Shown here piece after piece: positions 11,652-20,742 of a stretch of 64,000 nucleotides of DNA (within the stretch, counting starts at the first letter, position 1; each line of letters begins with the position of its first letter). The position numbers and the translations under genes were made by a program. The stretch is taken from assembly GCA_049300475.1 (NCBI GenBank), contig JBAQJU010000335.1:10578-74577 (forward strand), read 5' to 3'. This DNA comes from Terriglobales bacterium (GTDB lineage Bacteria; Acidobacteriota; Terriglobia; Terriglobales; Acidobacteriaceae). The notes under the pieces were generated by a model, which saw only the letters and a program-made list of their open reading frames with translations, was not told the DNA's origin and did no database searches.

Positions 11652-12086
11652 ATGAAGCGACTGTTAGGCACAAGTAACGATGTTGCTCTTACAAGTCTGC
11701 GGCTTGTTCTGGGAGTCGTGTTTTTTGCGCACGGCGCACAAAAGATGCTGGGATGGTTTGGCGGGCATGGGTTTCACGCTACCATAAGTTTCTTTGGGCA
11801 CTTGGGACTGCCCGCGCCAGTTGCGTTCCTGGTCATCTGCACCGAGTTCTTCGGTGGATTGGGCCTGATTGTTGGATTGCTGACCAGGATTGCCGCGCTT
11901 GGGATCGGCGGGGAGATGATCGGCGCCATCTTCCTGGTGCATCTGCCGAACGGTTTCTTCATGAATTGGACGGGCATGCAAAAAGGCGAAGGGATCGAGT
12001 ATCACCTGCTGGTGCTTGCCATCGCGGCGACGTTGCTGTTGCGCGGCGGAGGGAAATTTTCTGTGGATCATGCGCTGTCGGAGTAG
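11652..12086 (+). CDS. DoxX-family membrane protein
   Basis: 144 aa with four hydrophobic helices. LRLVLGVVFFAHGAQKMLGWFGG is typical of DoxX. Confidence 0.8.
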   Translation: MKRLLGTSNDVALTSLRLVLGVVFFAHGAQKMLGWFGGHGFHATISFFGHLGLPAPVAFLVICTEFFGGLGLIVGLLTRIAALGIGGEMIGAIFLVHLPNGFFMNWTGMQKGEGIEYHLLVLAIAATLLLRGGGKFSVDHALSE

Positions 12087-12107
12087 ATCGCGTGCGCTGC
12101 CGCGCGT

Positions 12108-12251
12108 TCACACCTCCGCGGAGGCATCGCCGATGAGGGCTTCGGCCCACTCTTCCGCCTCGCGCTCGCGCGCGGCATCTCTTGCCATCGCGGAGTATCC
12201 CTCGATCAGTTCTTCCTGGGACCAGTTTTCGGATGGGCTGAGATATCTCAT
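12108..12251 (-). CDS. Possible small acidic protein (47 aa), hypothetical
   Basis: MRYLSPSENWSQEELIEGYSAMARDAAREREAEEWAEALIGDASAEV. GAGG lies 7 nt upstream of the ATG. It is co-directional with the fadB-like gene, 41 nt downstream of it. It is below the track size cutoff. Confidence 0.3.
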   Translation of the reverse strand: MRYLSPSENWSQEELIEGYSAMARDAAREREAEEWAEALIGDASAEV

Positions 12252-12292
12252 AAAGACCTCACAATATGTATAGAAGGTATCTCCCTCTCATT

Positions 12293-14710
12293 CTAATTTC
12301 TCAGTGTCTTGCCGGTTTTGAGCGTGTACTGGATTCGCTCCTGTGTCTTCTTCTCGCCGCATAAGGACTTGAACGCCTCGCGCTCCAGATCGAGCACGTA
12401 CTGTTCGCTGACCGGCGTGCCGGGCGTGATATTTCCGCCGCAGAGGACCTCCGCGATCTTTGTGCCCAGCTTCAGCTCGTGATCGCTGATGTAGTCGCCC
12501 TGGCGCATCAGGTAGACGCCCATTTTGAGCGCGGCAAGAATGCTCTCCCCGGGCGCGGGAATGTCGGTGCGCATGACGGGAGGCTCATAGCCGGCGCGGA
12601 AGAGCTCCAGCGCGCGGGTTTTGGCATCGGAGAGCACTCGCTCGCGGTTCATGGTGATGCGATCGGAATTCCTCAGGAAGCCGAGACCGCGGGCTTCGTG
12701 GGCCGAAGTCGCAACTTTGGCAGTGGCGATCGTTTCAAAGGATTTTTTCATCGCCTCCAGGAGTTCGACGGATTCGCCCCGGCCGTCGGGACGAATGGAC
12801 GCTGCGCTATCGACGGCGCGCAACAACATCTCCTTGCAACCGCCGCCGCCCGGCAGCAGTCCGACGCCGACTTCGACGAGTCCCATGTAGAGCTCCGCGT
12901 GGGGCTGGCGTGCAGCGGCGTGCAGTGAGATCTCGCAACCACCGCCGAGAGCCAGTCCAAAGGGTGCGATCACGACCGGCTTGGGTGAGAATTTTACCGC
13001 TTGCGTCATGCCCTGGAACTGGCGGACGGCCATGTCTACGTCGTCCCATTCTTCTTCCTGCACCGACATCAGCAGCAGCATGAGGTTCGCGCCGACTGAG
13101 AAATTCTGGGCGTCGTTGGTGATCACGAAGGCGTCGAAGGCATCGCCCGCGCCGCCGGGTTTCAGAGTTTGCAGAATCAGCGAGATGATGTCGGCGCCGA
13201 GCGCGTTCATCTTGGAGTGAAACTCGATGCAGCCCACGCCATCGCCCAAATCCACGAGCGCGGCGCCGGAATTTTTTTTGACCACGCCGTTCGATTTCTT
13301 GGCGACCTGAACCGACCAGACACCGGCCGGAACAGTTACCGGTTGCCAGTTGCCGGTTGCCAGATCGGCAAACTTGCGGCCCGAGGCGGTCTTCGCATCG
13401 TCTTCATACCAGGATTTCTTGCCGCTACCTAACAACTTCTCGACGTTAGCGGCTACTGGATGGCCCTCCTTCTTCATGCGCGCGACGGTCGCTTCCACGC
13501 CGGCGGCGTCCCAGAGTTCGAAGGGTCCGAGTTCCCAGTTGAAGCCCATGCGCATGGCGCGATCGATCGCGACGACGGAGTCGGAAATCTCGGGAATGCG
13601 ATTTGCAGAATAGGTCCATAGATCAGCGAGGGCGGTCCACAGAAAGGTTGCGGCTTTGTCGGGCTTCTGGGGCGCGCCGTCGAGGCCGAGCAACATGCGG
13701 ACGCGGGCCCCGGTATCCTCGACATTTTTTGCCATATCGAGGGCGGCAAATTTGGGCTTCTGGCGCGGTTGGTATTCCAGGGTTTTCCAGTCCAACGCCA
13801 TGCGCTCGTCTTCTTTGCCTGCGGATTTCAGCTTCTTATAGAAGCCGCCTTTGGTTTTGTCGCCCAGCCATTTGCGTTCGAGCATCTGGCGGAAGAATGC
13901 GGGAATCTGCAATTCGCTGCGCTCATCGTGGACGTTCTGCGTCATGTTGCCGACGACGTGGCCCAGAATGTCGAGCCCCACCAGGTCAATGGTTCGGAAC
14001 GTGGCCGAGCGCGGCCAGCCCACGGTCTGCCCGGTGAGCGCGTCGATCTCTTCGATGCTCAGGTCCATTTCCTGCATCAGCCGCATTACGTTGAGCACCG
14101 AAAATGTTCCAATGCGATTGGCGATGAAGTTGGGCGTGTCCTTGGCGAACGCGACGCCCTTCCCGAGTTGCACATCGCAAAAGTGGGCGACAGCATCGAT
14201 GAGCGCGCGGTCGGCTTCTGGCGTTGGAATCAGTTCCAGCAGCCGCATATATCGGGGAGGATTAAAGAAATGCGTTCCGAACCAGGAGCGCCGGAAATCC
14301 TCGGAAAATCCCTCCGCGATTTTTGCCACGGGAAGGCCGCTGGTGTTGGTTGTGATGATTGTGCCCGGCGTGCGGAAGGCGTCCACCTTTTTCAGTAAAG
14401 CCCGCTTAATTTCGAGGTTCTCGACGACCGCCTCGATGATCCAGTCCACGTCGGCGAGCCGCTTCAGATCGTCGTCGAAATTGCCTACTGTCACCAGGCG
14501 CGCGAGCGACGGTTCGAAGAACGCCGCGGGTTTGGACTTCTTGGTGGCGTCGAGTCCGGCGGCGGAAATCTGGTTACGTGCCGGACCGTCGGCGTCGGGA
14601 GGAACGATATCCAGGAGCAGGGATGGCACTCCAGCGTTGGCGAAATGCGCGGCAATGCGGGCGCCCATGGTGCCGGCGCCAAGAATGGCAACTTTATTGA
14701 TTCGTTTCAT
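12293..14710 (-). CDS. Bifunctional 3-hydroxyacyl-CoA dehydrogenase / enoyl-CoA hydratase (FadN/FadB-like; dehydrogenase domain N-terminal)
   Basis: MKRINKVAILGAGTMGARIA is a Rossmann N-terminus and the C-terminal half is crotonase-like. The start is taken at ATG 14710 (GGAG upstream). The track start at 14737 is the alternative. Confidence 0.85.
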   Translation of the reverse strand: MKRINKVAILGAGTMGARIAAHFANAGVPSLLLDIVPPDADGPARNQISAAGLDATKKSKPAAFFEPSLARLVTVGNFDDDLKRLADVDWIIEAVVENLEIKRALLKKVDAFRTPGTIITTNTSGLPVAKIAEGFSEDFRRSWFGTHFFNPPRYMRLLELIPTPEADRALIDAVAHFCDVQLGKGVAFAKDTPNFIANRIGTFSVLNVMRLMQEMDLSIEEIDALTGQTVGWPRSATFRTIDLVGLDILGHVVGNMTQNVHDERSELQIPAFFRQMLERKWLGDKTKGGFYKKLKSAGKEDERMALDWKTLEYQPRQKPKFAALDMAKNVEDTGARVRMLLGLDGAPQKPDKAATFLWTALADLWTYSANRIPEISDSVVAIDRAMRMGFNWELGPFELWDAAGVEATVARMKKEGHPVAANVEKLLGSGKKSWYEDDAKTASGRKFADLATGNWQPVTVPAGVWSVQVAKKSNGVVKKNSGAALVDLGDGVGCIEFHSKMNALGADIISLILQTLKPGGAGDAFDAFVITNDAQNFSVGANLMLLLMSVQEEEWDDVDMAVRQFQGMTQAVKFSPKPVVIAPFGLALGGGCEISLHAAARQPHAELYMGLVEVGVGLLPGGGGCKEMLLRAVDSAASIRPDGRGESVELLEAMKKSFETIATAKVATSAHEARGLGFLRNSDRITMNRERVLSDAKTRALELFRAGYEPPVMRTDIPAPGESILAALKMGVYLMRQGDYISDHELKLGTKIAEVLCGGNITPGTPVSEQYVLDLEREAFKSLCGEKKTQERIQYTLKTGKTLRN

Positions 14711-14777
14711 AAGGGCTGACTCCGTAATCAGTGACATTAATCAGCGACGTCTACCAGGTTAGAAAATGGAAAATCTT

Positions 14778-15269
14778 CTAGGGCAGTTTATCCACCACCC
14801 AGTCGTTCTTGCCAATCTTGACCACGATTATTTCCGAAGACCGGCGAGCCAGGCGGAGTGCTTGCGGAGTTATGAGCACGACGGGAAAACGGTAGCGCCC
14901 GCGATGTCCATGACCCGAAGCGATCTCGAAGGCCCGCTCGGTCGAGGCCGAGAAGAACTCCTCCAACTTGTCGGCATTTTGCGAATGGCGGACTCCATCG
15001 CTAAGCAGAACCATGCCGTTCTCGAGATCCCCGGCTTGCCAGGCGTGCAGAAAGCGGTTGGCGGTTGCCAGCGCATCGAGGTAAGCCGGGTCGGAGGGGC
15101 TCGCCGGCCAGGTGGGCTGGCTATGAGATCGCGCCCAGACTGGAATCGCGAGCAGCATTGCGAGCAGGAAGAATACGCCTATTGCCCGCGGGATCCTCGC
15201 GCGCGCCTGCCCAACCTTTCCACCGAACCTGCGAATCGGAGGCCACTCGTCCCAAAGAACGCGATGCAT
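14778..15269 (-). CDS. Hypothetical membrane-anchored protein
   Basis: One TM helix (AIGVFFLLAMLLAIPVWA) is followed by a soluble domain. ATG 15269 is preferred over 15344. It lies upstream of, and co-directional with, the fadB-like gene. Confidence 0.45.
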   Translation of the reverse strand: MHRVLWDEWPPIRRFGGKVGQARARIPRAIGVFFLLAMLLAIPVWARSHSQPTWPASPSDPAYLDALATANRFLHAWQAGDLENGMVLLSDGVRHSQNADKLEEFFSASTERAFEIASGHGHRGRYRFPVVLITPQALRLARRSSEIIVVKIGKNDWVVDKLP

Positions 15270-15542
15270 GAGGTACGGTTGAGAAGTAGACGGTTTTCCG
15301 TCGCTGGTCGCTATCGAGCTCGTCGGGTTCTGAAGCAGGACCACGGAGTATTGTGCTCGGCGAAGCGTTTAAGTTCAAGTGGCAGTGCCAGCGGGGAGTG
15401 GGCTATGCACGGATTGACGGCATCCGGCGTGGGGTCGCATTTGCTGACGGCTGGACCCTCCCTTCGGTGTTTCGTCCCCGGCGCTTCGTGCTTTGCCGAT
15501 AAAGACTACAATGCTAGTATCCGCTGGAGGCGCGAAGACTGC

Positions 15543-16259
15543 ATGAATACGCCGTACGGGCTTCAGATCACTGAAAACTGTCTCATCTGCAAGCTGCGAC
15601 AGTCCGGCTTCTTCTGCGATCTCCCCAAGCCTTCGCTGGAACATCTGGAGAAGATTAAGTATGCAAGCGCCTTCCCTCAGGGAGCCGTCCTGTTCGTGGA
15701 GGGGCAGGCGCCGCGCGGGATCTACATCCTGTGCGCGGGCCGTGTGAAGCTGACCACCACCTCGAAGGATGGGAAGACACTGATTTTGCGCATTGCTCAA
15801 GCCGGTGAGGTTCTCGGCCTGCACGGCACGGTTTCCGGCAAGCCTTACGAACTGACGGCGGAAGCTTTGCAGCCCTGCCAGCTCGATTTCATCAAGCGTG
15901 ACGACTTTCTGAAGTTCCTGCAGAACCACGCCGATGCCTGCCTCAATGCCGCACACCACTTGAGCGAAAACTGCCAGACCGCTTATGACATGATCCGCTC
16001 GCTTGGCCTGTCGCATTCCGTATCCGAGAAACTGGCTCGCTTGCTGCTGGAGTGGGCGAGCGATGGCGAGCAGACAAAAGAGGGGATCCGGGTGAAGATT
16101 GCGCTGACTCATGAAGAGATTGCGCAACTCATCGGCACCTCCCGCGAAACAGTGACTCGGGTGCTCGGTGAATTCCGCGATCAGGAGTTCGCGCAACTGC
16201 GCGGATCAACGCTGCTGATTCGCAATCGAGCGGCCCTGGAAAAATTAGTCGGCGCCTGA
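15543..16259 (+). CDS. Crp/Fnr-family transcriptional regulator
   Basis: It has a cNMP-binding-type beta barrel (GAVLFVEGQAPRGIYILCAGRVKL) and a C-terminal HTH (THEEIAQLIGTSRETVTRVL). The N-terminus carries CLICKLRQSGFFC. Only the last 238 codons of the 497-aa track ORF are credible. Confidence 0.85.
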   Translation: MNTPYGLQITENCLICKLRQSGFFCDLPKPSLEHLEKIKYASAFPQGAVLFVEGQAPRGIYILCAGRVKLTTTSKDGKTLILRIAQAGEVLGLHGTVSGKPYELTAEALQPCQLDFIKRDDFLKFLQNHADACLNAAHHLSENCQTAYDMIRSLGLSHSVSEKLARLLLEWASDGEQTKEGIRVKIALTHEEIAQLIGTSRETVTRVLGEFRDQEFAQLRGSTLLIRNRAALEKLVGA

Positions 16260-16292
16260 GCCGGCACTCTCCACGCTGCTATCCTGATTGCC

Positions 16293-17726
16293 TTGCACGC
16301 TCAAGCCCATGACATGACGTCCAGCCCTTTGCCCTCTGCGCGAGAGATTGCCGCCCTTATCCGCGCAAGAACAGTCTCCCCTGTTGAAGTGGCGCGCTCT
16401 CACCTGGATCGCATCGAGCGCCTTAATCCCGTGCTCAATGCGTTTGTGGACTGCCGGCCGGAGGCAGTGCTGGCGCAAGCGCGCAAGGCTGAGCGAGCTG
16501 TTCTCCAGGGAGACACCTTGGGCTCGCTGCATGGCGTACCGCTGTCGATCAAGTCCTCTATCGACGTTGCCGGACACCAGTGTGAAGCGGGCACGCGCTT
16601 GCGCGCCGGATACATCGCTGCTGAAGATGCTCCTTTGGTCGGTCGCCTGCGCGCGGCAGGTGCGGTCATTCTCGGTGTCACCAACGCGCCCGAGTTACTG
16701 ATGGCATGGGAAACCGACAACCTTCTCTATGGTCGTACCAATAACCCCTGGGATCTGACGCGTACCGCGGGCGGTTCAAGCGGAGGCGAAGCGGCGGCCA
16801 TTGCAGCAGGCTTCAGCGCAGGCGGCGTGGGCAGCGACGGCGGAGGCTCCATCCGCGAGCCAGCGCACTTCTGCGGCATCTGCGGATTGAAGCCGACGCC
16901 GGGACGCATTCCATCGACCGGGCATTTTCCGAAGGCGGGCGGCCCATTCGCCCTGCTTGGCGTGGTCGGGCCGATGGCGCGCACCATCGACGATTTGCGA
17001 ATTCTATTTGAAGCGATGGCGGGCGCAGACGACGGCGATCCGTGCTCGGCTCCGGTGCCCGTGCGAATCGCCGAAAGGGAACCGCGAGGCATCGGGCTCG
17101 GTGTCTTTGAGGACGATGGGCGCACGCCGGTAACGAAAGAGACGCGGGCTGCGGTCAGGCGGGCGGCCGCGCTTCTATCGCAGAGCGGCTATCGAGTGGA
17201 GGACTTCCGTCCCGATGGTCTGGAAGAAGCGCGTCAACTTTGGTGGGAATTGTTCGGCACCGCTGGCGGAATGATTCTCGGCCCCCTGGTGCGTGGCCAC
17301 GAGGACGAACTGAGTCCCATCCTGCGCGAGTTTCTCTCGTGGACTTCGGCCAAGCCCGTGCACACGGGCGAGTCGCTGCTCGCAGCCTGGGTGGGCCGCG
17401 ATGAATTGCGCGAAACAATTCTGCGCCAGATGGGGAAGTATCCTGTACTGCTTTGTCCGACTGCGGCGATCCCCGCCTTTTGCCATGGCGAACGCGAATG
17501 GCAGGTGGAGGGGCAGAGCGTGAAGTATCTGGATGCCTGGTCCTATTGTGAGTGGTTTAACCTGCTCGGCTTTCCCGCCGTCGTCGTCCCGATGGGATTC
17601 TCTGAAGAAGGCTTGCCCATCGGAGTTCAGCTCGCCGGACGCCCCTGGGAAGAAGAACTCGTGCTCTCTGTTGCCGCTGCGCTCGAAACGGCGCGCGGGC
17701 CGCTGCCGTCCTCGCCGCAATTTTAG
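16293..17726 (+). CDS. Amidase (amidase-signature family)
   Basis: 477 aa. GGSSGGEAAAIAAG is the amidase signature. The start is TTG 16293 or ATG 16314. Confidence 0.85.
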   Translation: MHAQAHDMTSSPLPSAREIAALIRARTVSPVEVARSHLDRIERLNPVLNAFVDCRPEAVLAQARKAERAVLQGDTLGSLHGVPLSIKSSIDVAGHQCEAGTRLRAGYIAAEDAPLVGRLRAAGAVILGVTNAPELLMAWETDNLLYGRTNNPWDLTRTAGGSSGGEAAAIAAGFSAGGVGSDGGGSIREPAHFCGICGLKPTPGRIPSTGHFPKAGGPFALLGVVGPMARTIDDLRILFEAMAGADDGDPCSAPVPVRIAEREPRGIGLGVFEDDGRTPVTKETRAAVRRAAALLSQSGYRVEDFRPDGLEEARQLWWELFGTAGGMILGPLVRGHEDELSPILREFLSWTSAKPVHTGESLLAAWVGRDELRETILRQMGKYPVLLCPTAAIPAFCHGEREWQVEGQSVKYLDAWSYCEWFNLLGFPAVVVPMGFSEEGLPIGVQLAGRPWEEELVLSVAAALETARGPLPSSPQF

Positions 17727-17907
17727 AGCGTGAAACAGCAGGAATATGCGCCGGCATTCGCGGGCGAGGGCGCCCGCGCCACACTCGACCTGAAGCCTGA
17801 AGCGGCGGCTTCTTAATCCTTTTGTACTATTACCCCGTATCGGCGAGCCGACTACACTCTTTCCTCAAGGCGCATCGATGTGGGCCGGTCGCGAGCCAAG
17901 CTGAACA

Positions 17908-20742
17908 ATGTCAGTCTCCAATCCATCTCCGTCCAGTCCGAAGCTGGTGCGCGCCTTGTTGGTTGTCCTGGTCGCGTCGGCGGCCTATTTGTATCCTTTC
18001 CCGCAAGCCAATCTTATTTATCCCGCAGTGGTCGTGATTCACGCACTTGCTGGAGTTCTGGCCGCCATCGTCGGCGCGGTCCTGCTGTCACGCCTGGTGC
18101 GGCACGGGAGCATGGTTTGGAAGGCGGGATGGCTTCTGCTCGCTGGCGGCGCCGGTCTGGGCCTGCTTCTCCTATACACGGGAACTTCGCGCAGCGAGTT
18201 CAAATGGCTCTATGGGCATATTGTTCTGAGCATGCTCGGCATCGGTTGTCTGCTCGCCGAGATCCTGCGAGGCCGTGGCTGGTTGCGTTCGTACGCCGCC
18301 GTCCGGTTGCTGGTTTGCTTTGCTGCTCTCGGCGCAATTGGGTGGGCCGCGCACTATCAGCGCGAGAATCGCTGGCTGACAAGCTCGGTCATTAAAAATC
18401 CTGCGCTTCCTCCAGGAACTATGAACGGCGAAGGAGACGGACCATCGGGCCCATTTTTTCCGAGCTCGGCGCAGGTCTATGGAGGACAGAAAATTCCCAG
18501 CAAGTTCTTCATGGAGTCGGACTCCTGCAAGCGCTGCCACGAAGATATCTACAACCAGTGGAATAGCTCCGCCCACCATTTTTCGTCGTTTAACAACCAG
18601 TGGTATCGCAAGGCGGTCGAGTACATGCAGGATACGGTCGGCACCAAGCCTTCCAAATGGTGCGGCGGATGCCATGACCCGGCCGTGCTCTACGCCGGCA
18701 AAATGGATACTCCCATCAAGCAAATTGTGCACACGCCTGAGGCGCAAGCCGGTTTGGGGTGCATGATGTGCCACTCCATCGCCGACGTGAAAAGCACGAT
18801 GGGCCAGGGCGATTTCTACCTGGAGTACCCTAAACTACATGAGCTCGCCGCCAGCAAGAATCCGGTGGTTCGAGCGCTCCACGATTTCATCACCAAGCTG
18901 AACCCGGAACCACACCGTCGCGTCTTTCTTAAACCCTTCATGCGCGAGCAGACGGCCGAATTTTGCTCCTCGTGCCACAAGGTTCATCTCGACGTTCCCG
19001 TCAACGGCTATCGCTGGCTGCGCGGCTTCAACGAGTACGACAACTGGCAAGCCAGCGGAGTTTCCGGCGAGGGCGCGCGTTCGTTCTATTACCCTCCCAA
19101 ACCGCAGCAGTGCGCCGATTGCCACATGCCGCTTGAGACTTCCAACGACAGGGGCAACATCAATGGCAAGGTGCACTCGCATCGTTTCCCGGCCGCCAAC
19201 ACGGCGCTGCCCACTGCGAACGAAGATGCTGCCCAGTTGAAGGCCACCGAAGACTTCCTCACCAGCGGAATCGTCAGCGTTGATATTTTTGCGCTCTCTC
19301 CGGCCATCGCACTTAAGAATGAAACGGGAACGGTCGCACAACACGAACTGGCAACTACTTTCGCCGTGGGCGAAGAGGCCGAGGCCCCATCGCCTGCCAC
19401 TATGACTTCCGAAAGCACCAGTGAAGCCACTCCCATCACGGCGCCTGTGGACCGCGTCCACGCAACCGTACGTCGCGGCGACACGGTGCGCGTCGATGTC
19501 GTAGTGCGCACCAAGCGCGTCGGCCACTTCTTCCCCGGGGGCACGGTGGATGCCTTCGATACCTGGCTCGAACTGAAAGGCGTCGACGACCGGGGCCAGA
19601 CAATTTTCTGGAGCGGCATGGTGGAAGATGGCGGCAAGGGTCCGGTGGAAAAGGGCGCGCACTTCTATCGCTCGCTCCAGGTTGATGGGCATGGCAATCC
19701 GATCAACAAGCGCAATGCCTGGGCGACGCGCTCGGTCGTCTACGTGCATCTCATCCCGCCGGGCGCCGCTGATACGGTGCACTTTCGCATGAAAATCCCT
19801 GCGAAGGCTGGCCACAAAATCAATCTCACCGCGCGCCTGTGCTACCGCAAGTTTGCCTGGGGAAACACACAATTTGCGTTTGCCGGACAGCCGGATCCCG
19901 GCGCGCCCAGTTCCCAGGTTGCTCCGGCATATGACGACAGGAAATTCCTGCTGAACGCGTCACTGCATGGAGTATCGGCAAAAGAAGAAAAGATTCCTGA
20001 TCTGCCCATCATGGCGCTCGCTGAAGACCATGTCACGCTCGACGCGCTGCCCTCCAACGCTCCTGTGTCGCAACCTTCCCAGCAACTCAGAAAAGAAGAC
20101 TGGCAGCGATGGAACGACTATGGCATTGGCCTTTTGCTGCAGGGCGATCTGAAAGCGGCGCAGTCGGCATTTGAAAAAATCACTGAGATTGATCCGCAAA
20201 ATCCCGACGGCTGGGTCAACATCGGCCGCGCTGCCCTGCAGGAGGGCGACGTGTCGCGCGCCCGCTTTGTCCTCGAGAAAGCGCTGGCTATCAACCCCAA
20301 GCTGGCGCGGGCCAACTTTTTCTATGCATCGCTGATGAAGACCGCTGGAGACTACGACCAGGCGATCGCGCATCTTGAAGTCGTGCTCGCACAGTATCCG
20401 CGCGACCGCGTGGCACTCAACAATCTCGGGCGCATCTTCTTCCTGCAGAGAAAATATGGCGACGCCGTGAAAGTTCTCGAGCAGGTGCTGGCAGTCGATC
20501 CGGAGGATCTTCAGGCGCACTACAACCTGATGCTCTGCTACAACGGGCTGGGCGACGGAAAAATGGCCAGGGAGCACCAGGCTCGCTATCTGCGCTTCAA
20601 AGCCGACGAAGCTTCGCAAGCCATTACCGGCCCCTATCGCCGGCTACATCCGGAAGACAACAACGAGCGCCAGAACATTCACGAGCATGTGTCGGTGCCG
20701 CTACCGATCCTAGCCGGAGCTTCCGCAGGAGCATCCAAGTGA
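17908..20742 (+). CDS. Membrane-anchored pentaheme c-type cytochrome with C-terminal TPR repeats
   Basis: About five N-terminal TM helices. There are five CxxCH motifs: C207KRCH, C252GGCH, C285MMCH, C353SSCH, C402ADCH. A TPR block spans roughly residues 735-900. Confidence 0.8.
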   Translation: MSVSNPSPSSPKLVRALLVVLVASAAYLYPFPQANLIYPAVVVIHALAGVLAAIVGAVLLSRLVRHGSMVWKAGWLLLAGGAGLGLLLLYTGTSRSEFKWLYGHIVLSMLGIGCLLAEILRGRGWLRSYAAVRLLVCFAALGAIGWAAHYQRENRWLTSSVIKNPALPPGTMNGEGDGPSGPFFPSSAQVYGGQKIPSKFFMESDSCKRCHEDIYNQWNSSAHHFSSFNNQWYRKAVEYMQDTVGTKPSKWCGGCHDPAVLYAGKMDTPIKQIVHTPEAQAGLGCMMCHSIADVKSTMGQGDFYLEYPKLHELAASKNPVVRALHDFITKLNPEPHRRVFLKPFMREQTAEFCSSCHKVHLDVPVNGYRWLRGFNEYDNWQASGVSGEGARSFYYPPKPQQCADCHMPLETSNDRGNINGKVHSHRFPAANTALPTANEDAAQLKATEDFLTSGIVSVDIFALSPAIALKNETGTVAQHELATTFAVGEEAEAPSPATMTSESTSEATPITAPVDRVHATVRRGDTVRVDVVVRTKRVGHFFPGGTVDAFDTWLELKGVDDRGQTIFWSGMVEDGGKGPVEKGAHFYRSLQVDGHGNPINKRNAWATRSVVYVHLIPPGAADTVHFRMKIPAKAGHKINLTARLCYRKFAWGNTQFAFAGQPDPGAPSSQVAPAYDDRKFLLNASLHGVSAKEEKIPDLPIMALAEDHVTLDALPSNAPVSQPSQQLRKEDWQRWNDYGIGLLLQGDLKAAQSAFEKITEIDPQNPDGWVNIGRAALQEGDVSRARFVLEKALAINPKLARANFFYASLMKTAGDYDQAIAHLEVVLAQYPRDRVALNNLGRIFFLQRKYGDAVKVLEQVLAVDPEDLQAHYNLMLCYNGLGDGKMAREHQARYLRFKADEASQAITGPYRRLHPEDNNERQNIHEHVSVPLPILAGASAGASK

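Noticed and set aside
14766-15542. The N-terminal 259 codons of the 497-aa ORF 14766-16259.
   Set aside because: Only the part from ATG 15543 matches a Crp/Fnr regulator. The upstream part overlaps a more protein-like minus-strand ORF (14778-15269) and has no motifs.
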